The notes under the pieces were generated by a model. It ran no database searches. It saw nothing but the letters and a program-made list of their open reading frames with translations, and was not told the origin of the DNA. The position numbers were made by a program, and so were the translations under genes. From a virus: DNA of 64,000 bases. Shown here piece after piece: positions 37,850 through 46,988 of the stretch (positions are counted from its first letter, which is position 1; each line of letters begins with the position of its first letter). Location: the IMG/VR virus record IMGVR_UViG_3300020473_000017; one strand, given 5' to 3'.

Positions 37850-37925
37850 ATGATTTGTGTATGTACGTAGTATAGCAATAAAAAACCCCCTGTTAAGGGG
37901 GTGTGTGACAGTTTGTTGATTGGTT
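37850..37925 (-). promoter_or_regulatory. Cyanophage early-promoter-like element with hairpin
   Basis: CCAATCAACAAACTGTCAC, then ACCCCC-TTAACA-GGGGGT plus T run, then TATACT...GTACATACA; similar to 41320-41390. Confidence 0.55.
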
Positions 37926-38968
37926 TAATCTTCTTCTGTTTCTTCCAGTTTATCTTTCTTGGCAGACTTACCGTGGATACCTGTATCGGTTCTCCAATCA
38001 TCCCAAGTTTTGTCACCTATGGTTGCCCAACCAAAACCAGGTGTCAGTACACGATAAACCTTAACAATTTCCTGAAGGATTAAGATGTCTTGAATAGGAC
38101 CAGCAGAGTTGGTGGTAAAATCCTCAATCGGATAATGTTTGATAGAAGTATTAAGGAACGTATTAAAGTTCTCATACCTATCTCCACTATTCGTAACCGA
38201 GATACTATCAAGGAAACTATATGCTGCGGCAAGACCGAAAATAAATCCACCGTTAAGTGGTTTAGACCACTTACATAGTTTTGAAGCGTCTCTATTATGA
38301 CCCTTGTATGTTTCAATTGCCTTTCTGACAAAAGTAGTACCATACTTACCAAGAGCAACTCTCAGTTTATCATAACCTTGTACACGATTTGTACCATCAT
38401 CAGGGGCACCAATAAGTTCAACATGAATATTGAGTGACTTGAACTTTTCCTCAAGATCTAGTGCATACTCTGCACCTTGAGCAACATCAGCACGCAACTT
38501 AGCAACTGAACTTACTTTGTTCCTAAGAGTATTAAACTCTTTAAAGTACTTTGCTTCTGCCTTCTCACACTGATCGATAGTGTAATGAGATGGATGTACC
38601 TGTACCTGACAAGGTAGTTTAAATGATTCAGGATCTTGAACGTAAGTCGCTGCAAGAACTGAAGTGTGTTGACCATCAACCACAACTAAAGTCCCATCAG
38701 GTCTCTTAAAGACTGATAGGGGTTTTACAAACTCAGGTTTAAACTCCTGTGCTTTTCTTATGAATGTGGTGTTTATTAATCTCTGATACTTAGGATCAAC
38801 TGTCAGATCCTTAAGTGGAATATATGTAACTGGGATGAAGGGACCATCTGGTCCTTCGTTCGTAAATACTTTTCTTATTCCTTGTGGAATAATTTTGTTT
38901 GCAATGTATCCTAATGCGACGGATAAGACATTGACAACCGCAGTTAGCGGCTTAGTAATTGTAGCCAT
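37925..38968 (-). CDS. ParB/Srx-like (DGQH, DUF6551-type) domain protein
   Basis: VDPKYQR...LSVFKRPDG..VVVDGQHT; AAGGAG RBS. Confidence 0.7.
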   Translation of the reverse strand: MATITKPLTAVVNVLSVALGYIANKIIPQGIRKVFTNEGPDGPFIPVTYIPLKDLTVDPKYQRLINTTFIRKAQEFKPEFVKPLSVFKRPDGTLVVVDGQHTSVLAATYVQDPESFKLPCQVQVHPSHYTIDQCEKAEAKYFKEFNTLRNKVSSVAKLRADVAQGAEYALDLEEKFKSLNIHVELIGAPDDGTNRVQGYDKLRVALGKYGTTFVRKAIETYKGHNRDASKLCKWSKPLNGGFIFGLAAAYSFLDSISVTNSGDRYENFNTFLNTSIKHYPIEDFTTNSAGPIQDILILQEIVKVYRVLTPGFGWATIGDKTWDDWRTDTGIHGKSAKKDKLEETEED

Positions 38969-39081
38969 GGGATTTTCTCCTTATGTGAATTTAGCGTTTC
39001 TATCGATGTTGCACGACTTAGCGAAACGTGGTGATGTAGAAAAAAAGAAATCCGTAAGGATTTCAATTTTCCTCAATCAAC

Positions 39082-39135
39082 AGTATATATCAAATGGCAA
39101 TACAATGTCAATTAAATGTTAAGATCTCTTAACAT
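39082..39135 (-). promoter_or_regulatory. Sigma70 promoter with an upstream 20-bp palindrome
   Basis: TTGACA-N18-TATACT; ATGTTAAGA-NN-TCTTAACAT at 39116-39135. Confidence 0.6.
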
Positions 39136-41309
39136 CATGCTATTCTCTCAATGAATGAAGATAAGATCTTCTTATTCATAGCCTTAGACTTAAGTGACTT
39201 AGCAAATGCTCTCTTAATCTGGGTCTTATTTGCATCCTCTGCAACTTCAAACTCAGTATCAGCATCAAGGGCACCAACATGAAGTGCATACTGTACTGTG
39301 TAATAAGAACTAGTGCATATGAAAGATCTTGTTTTCTTCCACTCAGAATCTGCTCTTTCCCATGCATCATAATCATAACCTAAGCACTGACGCTTAAACA
39401 TTCTCCAATCATTCTTACCAATAAGACGGATGTTCATAAACTCACACTCAGGGAAACGAGTTCTAAGTTGTTCAACGAATGTTCCAGTCATATCACGAGA
39501 ACAAGTGAACTTATGAGTATGACCAGTCTGACGATCACGCAAAACATCATTTATAGAAACATGACCATTGATTATCATTTCACCATCTTCATGGTACTTC
39601 TTAACTCTCTTAGCATAACCAATAGGATATCCTTCACCATCAGTTAAGTTAATAACATGAAGCTTCTGAACACCTGTTCTCTTTTTGAACTGAGGAATGA
39701 TTTCATTCATAGCAACCATTGCTTCATTCAATGGAGTTCCACCCAATGAGAATTGATGTGGTGCACCTGCATTATAACCATGGAATGCATTTACTACACG
39801 GAATAAATTCTTTGCCTGTCGTTCATGCTGACGATTGTTACTTTTACTAGTTAAAACATTAACCATATTGAAGTTTCTGCAAAGAACCTTACCCTCAAGT
39901 CCCCAGTCCTGATCTACATAACTCTCTTGCCTTTGATATGAATCACTGAAGAGATAAACATCATAAGCAATTCCAACCTTACGGCAGAATGATACTAATG
40001 TAAGTACCTGCTTCATAGTTGCTTCAATACATTGATGCATTGAACCTGACCAATCTATATTAAAGATCAATCCATGGTTCTTTGCATCAGCAACAGTACT
40101 TACTTTTCTGAAAAGATCTTCGTTATATTTGTAAGTGTGAAGCTTCGTTGTATCGAGAACCCCAGTGCGATTAACAGTAGTACGAGCATAACCGTCAGCT
40201 GCTTTCTTACACTCAAACTCCTTAACCAAGTAATTGACTTCCTTAGTGTTTGAGGATTTGAACTTTCTGTAACTTTCATCAATGTCCTTCAAATTTCTTG
40301 TGTACTGTCTAGCGAGAATCAACTCATAGTCATCAGAATAATCCTGCTGGTTCACAAGACCTTCTTTTGCACTATAGAAACTATCTAGTATTTGATATGT
40401 TTCATCAAATGGTACAATAGAATTTGTTGTCTTAGGAAGTTCAATATAAGTAATCTCATCCCCACTCCTATCAGTTATATTTCTTAATGCTTTATCAAGA
40501 CTATCAACAGTACGACACTTAACTTCAGTCTCTACTGGTGATCCATCATTACGACCTGCTTCACCATCACCAGAACCACCTTGCTTACCTTCCTGCTGTT
40601 CAAGATGATCTTCAAGATGTTCTTCTACTTCATTCTTTGCTTCTGGTTGTGCTGGTGCTGGTATTGGTGCTTCAGATTTCTCCTCTTGTTCACCTTGACC
40701 TTGACCTTCACCACCCTCTAAAGGTAACTCTTGCTGAACACCCTTTGCTTCTGCTTCTTCCTTCTGCTTCTTTTCCAATTCTTGCTGACAATATGCATGG
40801 ATTTCTCTAGCAAGATCACATGCCTGTTCAAAAGTTTCTATCTTATTTGCCTTATCAATATATACTTGCTCTCCTTCTTGGAAAGGAATATCAGTATAAT
40901 TACCAATCTTAAATTCTAAATTTATTCTATCTCCAAGATTAAGATCACAAAGATTAACACCATCAAGTTGAAAGAAATCCTCATCATGAAGAACCTTGTA
41001 TCCATTATAGAATGTCTTAGGGATACCAGCGTACCTACGCTTCATTAACTTCTCAATTCTTACATCCTCTGTGATGTTAATAAAATGATGAGGAACATCT
41101 TTTGGGGGATCCTCATTAGGAGTAAAGAGAGCATGACCAACCTCATGAGCAATGAGAGAATCAATTACAGTAGCCTCAGCGTGCTTCCATATTGGAAGGG
41201 TCAGTACTCTACGCTCTACATCAAACTGTGCAGTTTCAACCTGACGATGTTCTACAATCAGATCTTCCTGAGCAAGAAGTTTAGCAAGTGATTCTTTTAC
41301 GAGGTTCAT
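39135..41309 (-). CDS. CobT-like metallopeptidase/vWA protein
   Basis: LAKLLAQE, HEVGH, EDVRIE, DWSGSM MIDAS, GGTPL, LTDGE. Confidence 0.88.
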   Translation of the reverse strand: MNLVKESLAKLLAQEDLIVEHRQVETAQFDVERRVLTLPIWKHAEATVIDSLIAHEVGHALFTPNEDPPKDVPHHFINITEDVRIEKLMKRRYAGIPKTFYNGYKVLHDEDFFQLDGVNLCDLNLGDRINLEFKIGNYTDIPFQEGEQVYIDKANKIETFEQACDLAREIHAYCQQELEKKQKEEAEAKGVQQELPLEGGEGQGQGEQEEKSEAPIPAPAQPEAKNEVEEHLEDHLEQQEGKQGGSGDGEAGRNDGSPVETEVKCRTVDSLDKALRNITDRSGDEITYIELPKTTNSIVPFDETYQILDSFYSAKEGLVNQQDYSDDYELILARQYTRNLKDIDESYRKFKSSNTKEVNYLVKEFECKKAADGYARTTVNRTGVLDTTKLHTYKYNEDLFRKVSTVADAKNHGLIFNIDWSGSMHQCIEATMKQVLTLVSFCRKVGIAYDVYLFSDSYQRQESYVDQDWGLEGKVLCRNFNMVNVLTSKSNNRQHERQAKNLFRVVNAFHGYNAGAPHQFSLGGTPLNEAMVAMNEIIPQFKKRTGVQKLHVINLTDGEGYPIGYAKRVKKYHEDGEMIINGHVSINDVLRDRQTGHTHKFTCSRDMTGTFVEQLRTRFPECEFMNIRLIGKNDWRMFKRQCLGYDYDAWERADSEWKKTRSFICTSSYYTVQYALHVGALDADTEFEVAEDANKTQIKRAFAKSLKSKAMNKKILSSFIERIA

Positions 41310-41478
41310 TGGGTTCCTTATGTATGTACACATTATAAGACCCCTTCCGTGGGGAAGAGGTCTTGAGTAGACACTTTATCAACTGGTTGCGTCTAGCTCT
41401 CGCTTGCCGCAACGCTTGGGGTTTTAGTTTTCGTTTGGCATCCTTCTTTGAGTGATGCTGCCAATTCGGAACTTTCAT
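41281..41478 (-). CDS. Conserved small basic protein
   Basis: PNWQHHSKK..KR.LKPQA.R. Confidence 0.65.
   Translation of the reverse strand: MKVPNWQHHSKKDAKRKLKPQALRQARARRNQLIKCLLKTSSPRKGSYNVYIHKEPNEPRKRITC
41320..41390 (-). promoter_or_regulatory. Cyanophage early-promoter-like element
   Basis: CCAGTTGATAAAGTGTCTAC, then an AAGACC...GGTCTT hairpin, then TATAAT-GT-GTACATACA. Confidence 0.55.
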
Positions 41479-41581
41479 TGAGTTTCTCCAATGCGGTTAG
41501 CAGGTCAGGTGTTTCCTCCCACGACCATTCTTGGTTGTGCTGAGGGTTCTTCTTCTCGATTACATGTGTCCTTGTGGTCAT
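41393..41581 (-). CDS. Small hypothetical protein
   Basis: MTTRTHVIEKKNP...WSWEETP; two tandem TTGACA -35-like boxes upstream. Confidence 0.6.
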   Translation of the reverse strand: MTTRTHVIEKKNPQHNQEWSWEETPDLLTALEKLNESSELAASLKEGCQTKTKTPSVAASES

Positions 41582-41657
41582 AGGGTACGAGCAATTACAT
41601 ACCATAATACACCACCTGTCAACAGTGTGTCAAGTAGCACCAGAGAAATATTTATTA

Positions 41658-41954
41658 TCATGTCTGACCTGCTGGTGTTTTAGGTGGACATTCTAGATGA
41701 ACTGTCCCTGTGATAGGTTGATGCAGATGCTCTAGAACATGTTCTAGTTTAGCATTGATCTCATCCAACTTTGCTTGTATCTCATCATGATCGTGACTAC
41801 CTGTATTAATAGTAATGTCACCTGTTGGTACAGTGGTTGTTTCTGGATACAATCCAGGACCACCATCAGATATATCAATACCAGGAATTGCTGATCCTGT
41901 ACCTGAACCTCCGTTTGGAACGAAGTTTCCGTCTATGCCGCCTGAATATGTCAT
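41658..41954 (-). CDS. Hypothetical protein (Gly-rich N-terminus, His-rich coiled coil)
   Basis: 98 aa ORF with ATAAATA late-promoter-like sequence upstream. Confidence 0.65.
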   Translation of the reverse strand: MTYSGGIDGNFVPNGGSGTGSAIPGIDISDGGPGLYPETTTVPTGDITINTGSHDHDEIQAKLDEINAKLEHVLEHLHQPITGTVHLECPPKTPAGQT

Positions 41955-41978
41955 ATGTTTAAAGGGTTTGGTGAATAT

Positions 41979-43694
41979 TTATTCTTCCTTAGTAATTACA
42001 GAGAAGTTTTGTTTCTTTTCTACAACTAAAGTGGAAGCAAATTTATCTTGAAGTGATTCTGTCTTATGGGATATAACAAATACATTAGTATTGTCAGAGA
42101 CAGTATGTAAGATCTTCAAAAAGTCATCAGTACCTGATACATCAAGACTACTATCAAAGATCTCATCCAGTATCAATAGATTAGTATTGGCACTGTTCTT
42201 CATCTTAGCAATAGTTCTCCATGTAAACAGGAGTGCCAGATCAATTCTCATCTTCTCTCCTTCAGAGAAGGATGCATATGAAAACTCATCCCTGAACCTT
42301 GACTTGATAGTCTCCTCAAAATTCTCATCAAGATCAAAAGAAACATAGAAATCTAGTTCCTTAAGATACCTATTAATCAATTGATTCATAACAGGTAAAA
42401 ACTTTTTAATGATAACTGATTTGATACCAGTATCACGTAACATGTTTGTTACAGTATCATAGTTATCACGGGTCTTTCTATTAGTGGATAATTCATTCTC
42501 CACTTTCATACCAACACTTGCTAACTCTTGTAACTTCTCCTTCTCTCTACTAAGGTTATTAGTGTCAGCAGAATTTATCTTATCCTCTATCTTTTTAATC
42601 TCTTTCTTCTTCCACTGTATCTCCTTATTACAAGCACTGATCTTCTGTTGTACTTGCATAAGATCTGATAATACAATCTGCTTATCAGATACTTGTTGGA
42701 GAATACTTTCTAATTTTTTCTGTAATGTAATTGATGCCTTATCAATCTCATCTATAGACGCAGTAATTTCAGCTTTCTTATCAGCTCTAACGTCTTCGGT
42801 GATGATGGACTTGCAAGTCGGACAACTATCATTCTTATCAAAAAACTTAAACTCTTTTTTGAATGCTTTCTTCTTATCAACAAACCTCGATTCATATAAA
42901 CGAAGTTGTGCCAATTCATCTTCTACATTCCCATAACTATCTAGGCTCTTATCATGAGATGCAGAAACCTCCAATCCTTCTGCAACATCAGTCATAAGAA
43001 AAGTTATTTCATCCTCTAATGATTCTATATCTTTTTTACGTCTAGCATTATTTGCAGATGATTGTTCTTTAAGATCAGAAATAAACCTTTGCTGCATCTC
43101 AACCTTCTGCTTTACCAATTCATATTGATAATCACATTCCCTAAGAGTTTCTTTAACTCCTTTAACCTTTTCTTTAAGAAGAGTATTCATGGTAGAGAAG
43201 ATACGAATATCTAAAAGATCTTCAATAACTTCTCTACGGTTAGGGGGTGTAAGTTGCATGAATGGAACAAAGCATGATGATCCTAAGATCACCACCTGAG
43301 TAAATGATTTATAATTCAACCTCAGTACACTTTGCTCCAGATGTTTTTGCTGCTCTTGTGCAGATGCTTCTTGATTAAGCATCTCACCATTAAGATAGAT
43401 TTCAAACACATTAGGCTTTGCACCTCTGCGTATCATATAGTCACGAGAACCAATACTAAATTCTATCTCAACAAGCAGATCCCTCTCGTTGACAGCATTG
43501 ACCAATTGGCCTTTTGTTATCTTACGAAAGGGTTTGTTGAACAAAGCAAAGCACATGGCATCCAAGAATGTGGATTTACCAGCACCGTTTGTACCAACTA
43601 TCAGGGTAGCAGGACTTGCATCAAGTCTTATCTCACTAAAAACATTACCAGTTGAAAGAAAATTCTTCCATCTGACAGACTTAAAAAGAATCAT
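41979..43694 (-). CDS. gp46: Recombination ATPase gp46 (Rad50/SbcC-like)
   Basis: GTNGAGKST, CPTC zinc hook, FSEGEK, LDEIFDSSLD, ISH. Confidence 0.96.
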   Translation of the reverse strand: MILFKSVRWKNFLSTGNVFSEIRLDASPATLIVGTNGAGKSTFLDAMCFALFNKPFRKITKGQLVNAVNERDLLVEIEFSIGSRDYMIRRGAKPNVFEIYLNGEMLNQEASAQEQQKHLEQSVLRLNYKSFTQVVILGSSCFVPFMQLTPPNRREVIEDLLDIRIFSTMNTLLKEKVKGVKETLRECDYQYELVKQKVEMQQRFISDLKEQSSANNARRKKDIESLEDEITFLMTDVAEGLEVSASHDKSLDSYGNVEDELAQLRLYESRFVDKKKAFKKEFKFFDKNDSCPTCKSIITEDVRADKKAEITASIDEIDKASITLQKKLESILQQVSDKQIVLSDLMQVQQKISACNKEIQWKKKEIKKIEDKINSADTNNLSREKEKLQELASVGMKVENELSTNRKTRDNYDTVTNMLRDTGIKSVIIKKFLPVMNQLINRYLKELDFYVSFDLDENFEETIKSRFRDEFSYASFSEGEKMRIDLALLFTWRTIAKMKNSANTNLLILDEIFDSSLDVSGTDDFLKILHTVSDNTNVFVISHKTESLQDKFASTLVVEKKQNFSVITKEE

Positions 43695-43704
43695 TCGACA
43701 AAAA

Positions 43705-43962
43705 CTATTCTCTAGGCGGTACTACTATATCATCAGGAGTGACAACATAATATTCATGACCGTGTGTTACGCAAGCATGGATGATCTCTCGATCGTCAAC
43801 CTCTACCACTGACATGTCTGGAAAGTCATCAGCTTCCAGAAGTCCAGCATAGCGTATTGCGTCGTCTTTGTCAAGGAACATATATACTAATTGCTTTCCT
43901 TGATTGCCATTGACTGCATAAGCACCTTCATTCTCTTTTCCTTTTATGGCTAGAATGTGCAT
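43705..43962 (-). CDS. Conserved cyanophage hypothetical protein
   Basis: EGAYAV...F.DKDDA.RY...TPDDIVVPP. Confidence 0.75.
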   Translation of the reverse strand: MHILAIKGKENEGAYAVNGNQGKQLVYMFLDKDDAIRYAGLLEADDFPDMSVVEVDDREIIHACVTHGHEYYVVTPDDIVVPPRE

Positions 43963-45008
43963 TATACCATCTCCAACGCTTCAACATAAAGAGATTTTAA
44001 AATAGTTTTAAGTGCAGGTTTATCTGAGTGTTCCATATCATCCACATACCTTTCAAGTATGGTGAGAGTATCTTCTTTATCAATATCAATCTCTTCATTC
44101 AAGTCTTGCTCAAAGGAAGGATCCTCAATTATTTTAATATCATGTACACCAGCAGCGTATAGTTGACTGATAAAGAATTCAAATTTATCTGAATCAGTTT
44201 TCTTTTCTACTATAACTTTTATAAAGTTGTTAGTATACTTACCATAATCAAATCTAGTACTATTTAACTGTTCTTCATTGTAATATATCTTGCTATAAAT
44301 CTCATAGGGGTTCGGTATAAACTCCAAGTTCATAGAATTTGTATCAAATATATGGAACCCACGTTTAGAATTATAATCATTCCAATAGATTTGATAGGGA
44401 TTACCCAAGTATGTTATATTCTCTCTAGTACTTTTCTGATGATAATGTCCTGAGAATACCTTTTCAAATTTCTTATAAGGAGAAGTAGCATGGCCATGAT
44501 CCATGATATATCCTCTATGTGCTTCAAATCCATTGAGTTCTAAGTGACCCATTGCTATAGGGCAATCTGATTCTTCAATGAGAGCATAGGTCTTATCATT
44601 ATTCTCTGAGTTAATCCAAGGTATGAATAAGATAGGTAGTCCACCTATCATAACTTCAGTAGCCTCTTCATATATGTGTATATTATTATACTCGCTTAGT
44701 ACACTCTGAAGTGTATTGACTTTATTAGTATCTTTAAAATATGCTGTATGGTTTCCAACTAAAGAATGTATTGTGACACCCATCTCCTTTAACTTAGTAA
44801 AGTAATTATCTTTACCCCACTGAGCAGACCAAAGATCTAAATTCCTACGGTTGTCAAAGGTATCTCCAAGATCCAATACAATATCGATCCCGCGTTTTTT
44901 TAGGGTAGGAAAGAATACATTATCATAAAACTTCTTAAAGAACTCATGAAAGATACGACTAGACTTCCTAGCACCGAAGTGCTGGTCTGTTATTATTGCT
45001 ATCTTCAT
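43962..45008 (-). CDS. gp47: Recombination nuclease gp47 (Mre11/SbcD-like)
   Basis: ITDQHFG, LGDTFD, VGNH, GHLE, SGHYH. Confidence 0.96.
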   Translation of the reverse strand: MKIAIITDQHFGARKSSRIFHEFFKKFYDNVFFPTLKKRGIDIVLDLGDTFDNRRNLDLWSAQWGKDNYFTKLKEMGVTIHSLVGNHTAYFKDTNKVNTLQSVLSEYNNIHIYEEATEVMIGGLPILFIPWINSENNDKTYALIEESDCPIAMGHLELNGFEAHRGYIMDHGHATSPYKKFEKVFSGHYHQKSTRENITYLGNPYQIYWNDYNSKRGFHIFDTNSMNLEFIPNPYEIYSKIYYNEEQLNSTRFDYGKYTNNFIKVIVEKKTDSDKFEFFISQLYAAGVHDIKIIEDPSFEQDLNEEIDIDKEDTLTILERYVDDMEHSDKPALKTILKSLYVEALEMV

Positions 45009-45376
45009 TTAATTCTTCTAGGTACTTTAATTGTCCATGCTGGTGATACTAGATCAACCATCTCAAATTGTTTCCTATTCTTTTCTATCTGATTAAGGTA
45101 TGCTTCACGTCCAGGTTCAGGTTGTATCTCACCATAATGAGTTTCTTTTATATCTAAGTATTCTAAAAGAGCATCATCTACCATCTGAAATAATGTATCC
45201 CATGTTAATGTATCTCTTAACTTGGATGCAATTCTATCAACATCATTCTCATCAAGATACTCACCTTTAGATACTTTCTCTGAATAATCATCATACTGTG
45301 TCAAGAGTTTTGCTCTTATCGTTACCAACTTATTAAGGTTGATAGTGATTTTAATGTCATCTTCAATTGCCATCAT
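45005..45376 (-). CDS. Hypothetical protein
   Basis: 123 aa ORF with ATGA coupling on both sides. Confidence 0.7.
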   Translation of the reverse strand: MMAIEDDIKITINLNKLVTIRAKLLTQYDDYSEKVSKGEYLDENDVDRIASKLRDTLTWDTLFQMVDDALLEYLDIKETHYGEIQPEPGREAYLNQIEKNRKQFEMVDLVSPAWTIKVPRRIK

Positions 45377-46026
45377 CTTGCACGAACTAATGGTGGTTTC
45401 TTACCTGTGATCTCCATACCAAAAAAGTTTAATGTTAGTCTTTCCTTAGTACCAAAAGTTTTAACTCCATGATGTGTCCTGTTGTTGAATAACACAAATC
45501 TATTATAGACGTTCTCTACAGAACATGTTTCAACATACTGTTTACTCATAGAATCAAAGGCTTCATTGTACTTATCTATATCAAGATCCTTACCAAGATA
45601 TAAATCCTCCTTCTGTTTCATCTCTTCTCTATACTGTAAAGAATATCCATTCTTAACCTTATAGATGGACGTACCCGAATTAGGACTTGGATCCTTTGAC
45701 AAGTATACTACACCACCAAACCATGTGTCAACATCTTGATGGATCCAACCTTGATTTCTCTTATCCCATTGGTCATCTCCAAATGGTTTTATCTTTTGAA
45801 AATGACATTGTAATTTCCAATACTCTGGTACTTCATCATGGAATAACCAATGAATTCTTTCACCAAAATAATCGAATAACCTAGGTGTCTCAAGATGAAG
45901 TTGCTTTGTTCTCTCGCCTGGCCAGTTTCCTATATCAGGCTTATACCACTTAAGAGACTGAGCTATCTTTACAACTTCATCTGGATCCTCAAAGAAATCA
46001 TCAACAATCGTAATAGGATATGTCAC
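45373..46026 (-). CDS. 2OG-Fe(II) oxygenase (DUF6445-like)
   Basis: IVDDFFEDP, WPGERT, GWIHQD, GVVYL, NRFVLF...HG, RLTLNFF. Confidence 0.8.
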   Translation of the reverse strand: MTYPITIVDDFFEDPDEVVKIAQSLKWYKPDIGNWPGERTKQLHLETPRLFDYFGERIHWLFHDEVPEYWKLQCHFQKIKPFGDDQWDKRNQGWIHQDVDTWFGGVVYLSKDPSPNSGTSIYKVKNGYSLQYREEMKQKEDLYLGKDLDIDKYNEAFDSMSKQYVETCSVENVYNRFVLFNNRTHHGVKTFGTKERLTLNFFGMEITGKKPPLVRAR

Positions 46027-46496
46027 TTGATCTTGATTTCAACGTTCTCCTTAATTGTATTATAGTCTGAATGTCCTGTCTTGTCATCAGTGTGGAAGAC
46101 CTGATCATATCCTGACTTAGTTAGAATCTTATTCTTAATTTCTAACTGACGCTTCTCTTTCTGAATCCTTCTAAGGAATGCGTAGTATATAATCTGAGTA
46201 AAATATGCAAAGGGATTGTTTGACTTTGCTGGATTAAAATTCTGTATGTATTGTACACAATTCTCAATGCCATCACATATCATGTCCTCTCGGAACATGT
46301 AGTTGACAAAGTTTGGTTTGTATGATAAATGTGTAGCAATCTTTAAAAAACATTCCCCAATATAATTGCTGATGGGTGGTCGGGGTTCACCCGCTTCCTT
46401 CGCTTCAGCACATGCTTTTTTAAAAATAACAAGTGCCTCAAGGAATTCTTTGTTATTTACATAATGCTCACTAACTACTTTCTTTCTAACTGCCAT
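46023..46496 (-). CDS. gp55: Late-transcription sigma factor gp55
   Basis: HYVNNKEF, YIGECFLKIA, EDMICDGIENC, NPFAYFTQI. Confidence 0.95.
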   Translation of the reverse strand: MAVRKKVVSEHYVNNKEFLEALVIFKKACAEAKEAGEPRPPISNYIGECFLKIATHLSYKPNFVNYMFREDMICDGIENCVQYIQNFNPAKSNNPFAYFTQIIYYAFLRRIQKEKRQLEIKNKILTKSGYDQVFHTDDKTGHSDYNTIKENVEIKIK

Positions 46497-46520
46497 ATAT
46501 TTGTATGGGTGAGTACATAT

Positions 46521-46549
46521 ATTTTATACAAAAATGATACAAAAGTCAA
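46521..46549 (-). promoter_or_regulatory. Sigma70 promoter for gp55
   Basis: TTGACT-N17-TAAAAT. Confidence 0.7.
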
Positions 46550-46556
46550 GGGGGGC

Positions 46557-46585
46557 TTGACAAACCGTAATTCCGTCTGTAGAAT
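46557..46585 (+). promoter_or_regulatory. Divergent antisense sigma70 promoter
   Basis: TTGACA-N17-TAGAAT on the plus strand with no convincing plus-strand gene downstream. Confidence 0.55.
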
Positions 46586-46609
46586 ATGAGTGTGCGAGTT
46601 CAGAAAGGG

Positions 46610-46984
46610 TTATATATTAAATAGCTTGTCTAGGTTAATACGAGCCTCTTCAACTGTAGCTATTCTACCTTTAGCATCTGTAATAGTATCACCATTAAGT
46701 CTTCTTAGAGACATTGCATAAAATATTTGAACTTCAGTATCTACTTCAACGATAGTAATAATTTTATCTTTAGGTATAATAAATTCTTCTTCTTTAGAAA
46801 ATTTCATCCACGGCGAAACCTTAGCACCTTGTGCTTTGTTGGGTAGAGTTACCTCTTCAATTTGGATGGGATTTTCTACTATTAGATAATCTCCGTTCTC
46901 ATCACGTACATGGGATACTACAGATAGAATCTCTTCCCCAGATACTAATTTTAATGCGGCGAGAAAGTCTGCTTTTTCTTCCAT
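46610..46984 (-). CDS. Sm-like-fold hypothetical protein
   Basis: LKLVSGEEI...ENPI...VSPWMK...KIITI.E. Confidence 0.75.
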   Translation of the reverse strand: MEEKADFLAALKLVSGEEILSVVSHVRDENGDYLIVENPIQIEEVTLPNKAQGAKVSPWMKFSKEEEFIIPKDKIITIVEVDTEVQIFYAMSLRRLNGDTITDAKGRIATVEEARINLDKLFNI

Positions 46985-46988
46985 TGTT

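Noticed and set aside
36776-41309. cobS/cobT as cobalamin biosynthesis genes
   Set aside because: Only a MoxR AAA and a vWA/peptidase are present, with no cobN or other cob genes in the window; a chaperone-like role is more plausible.
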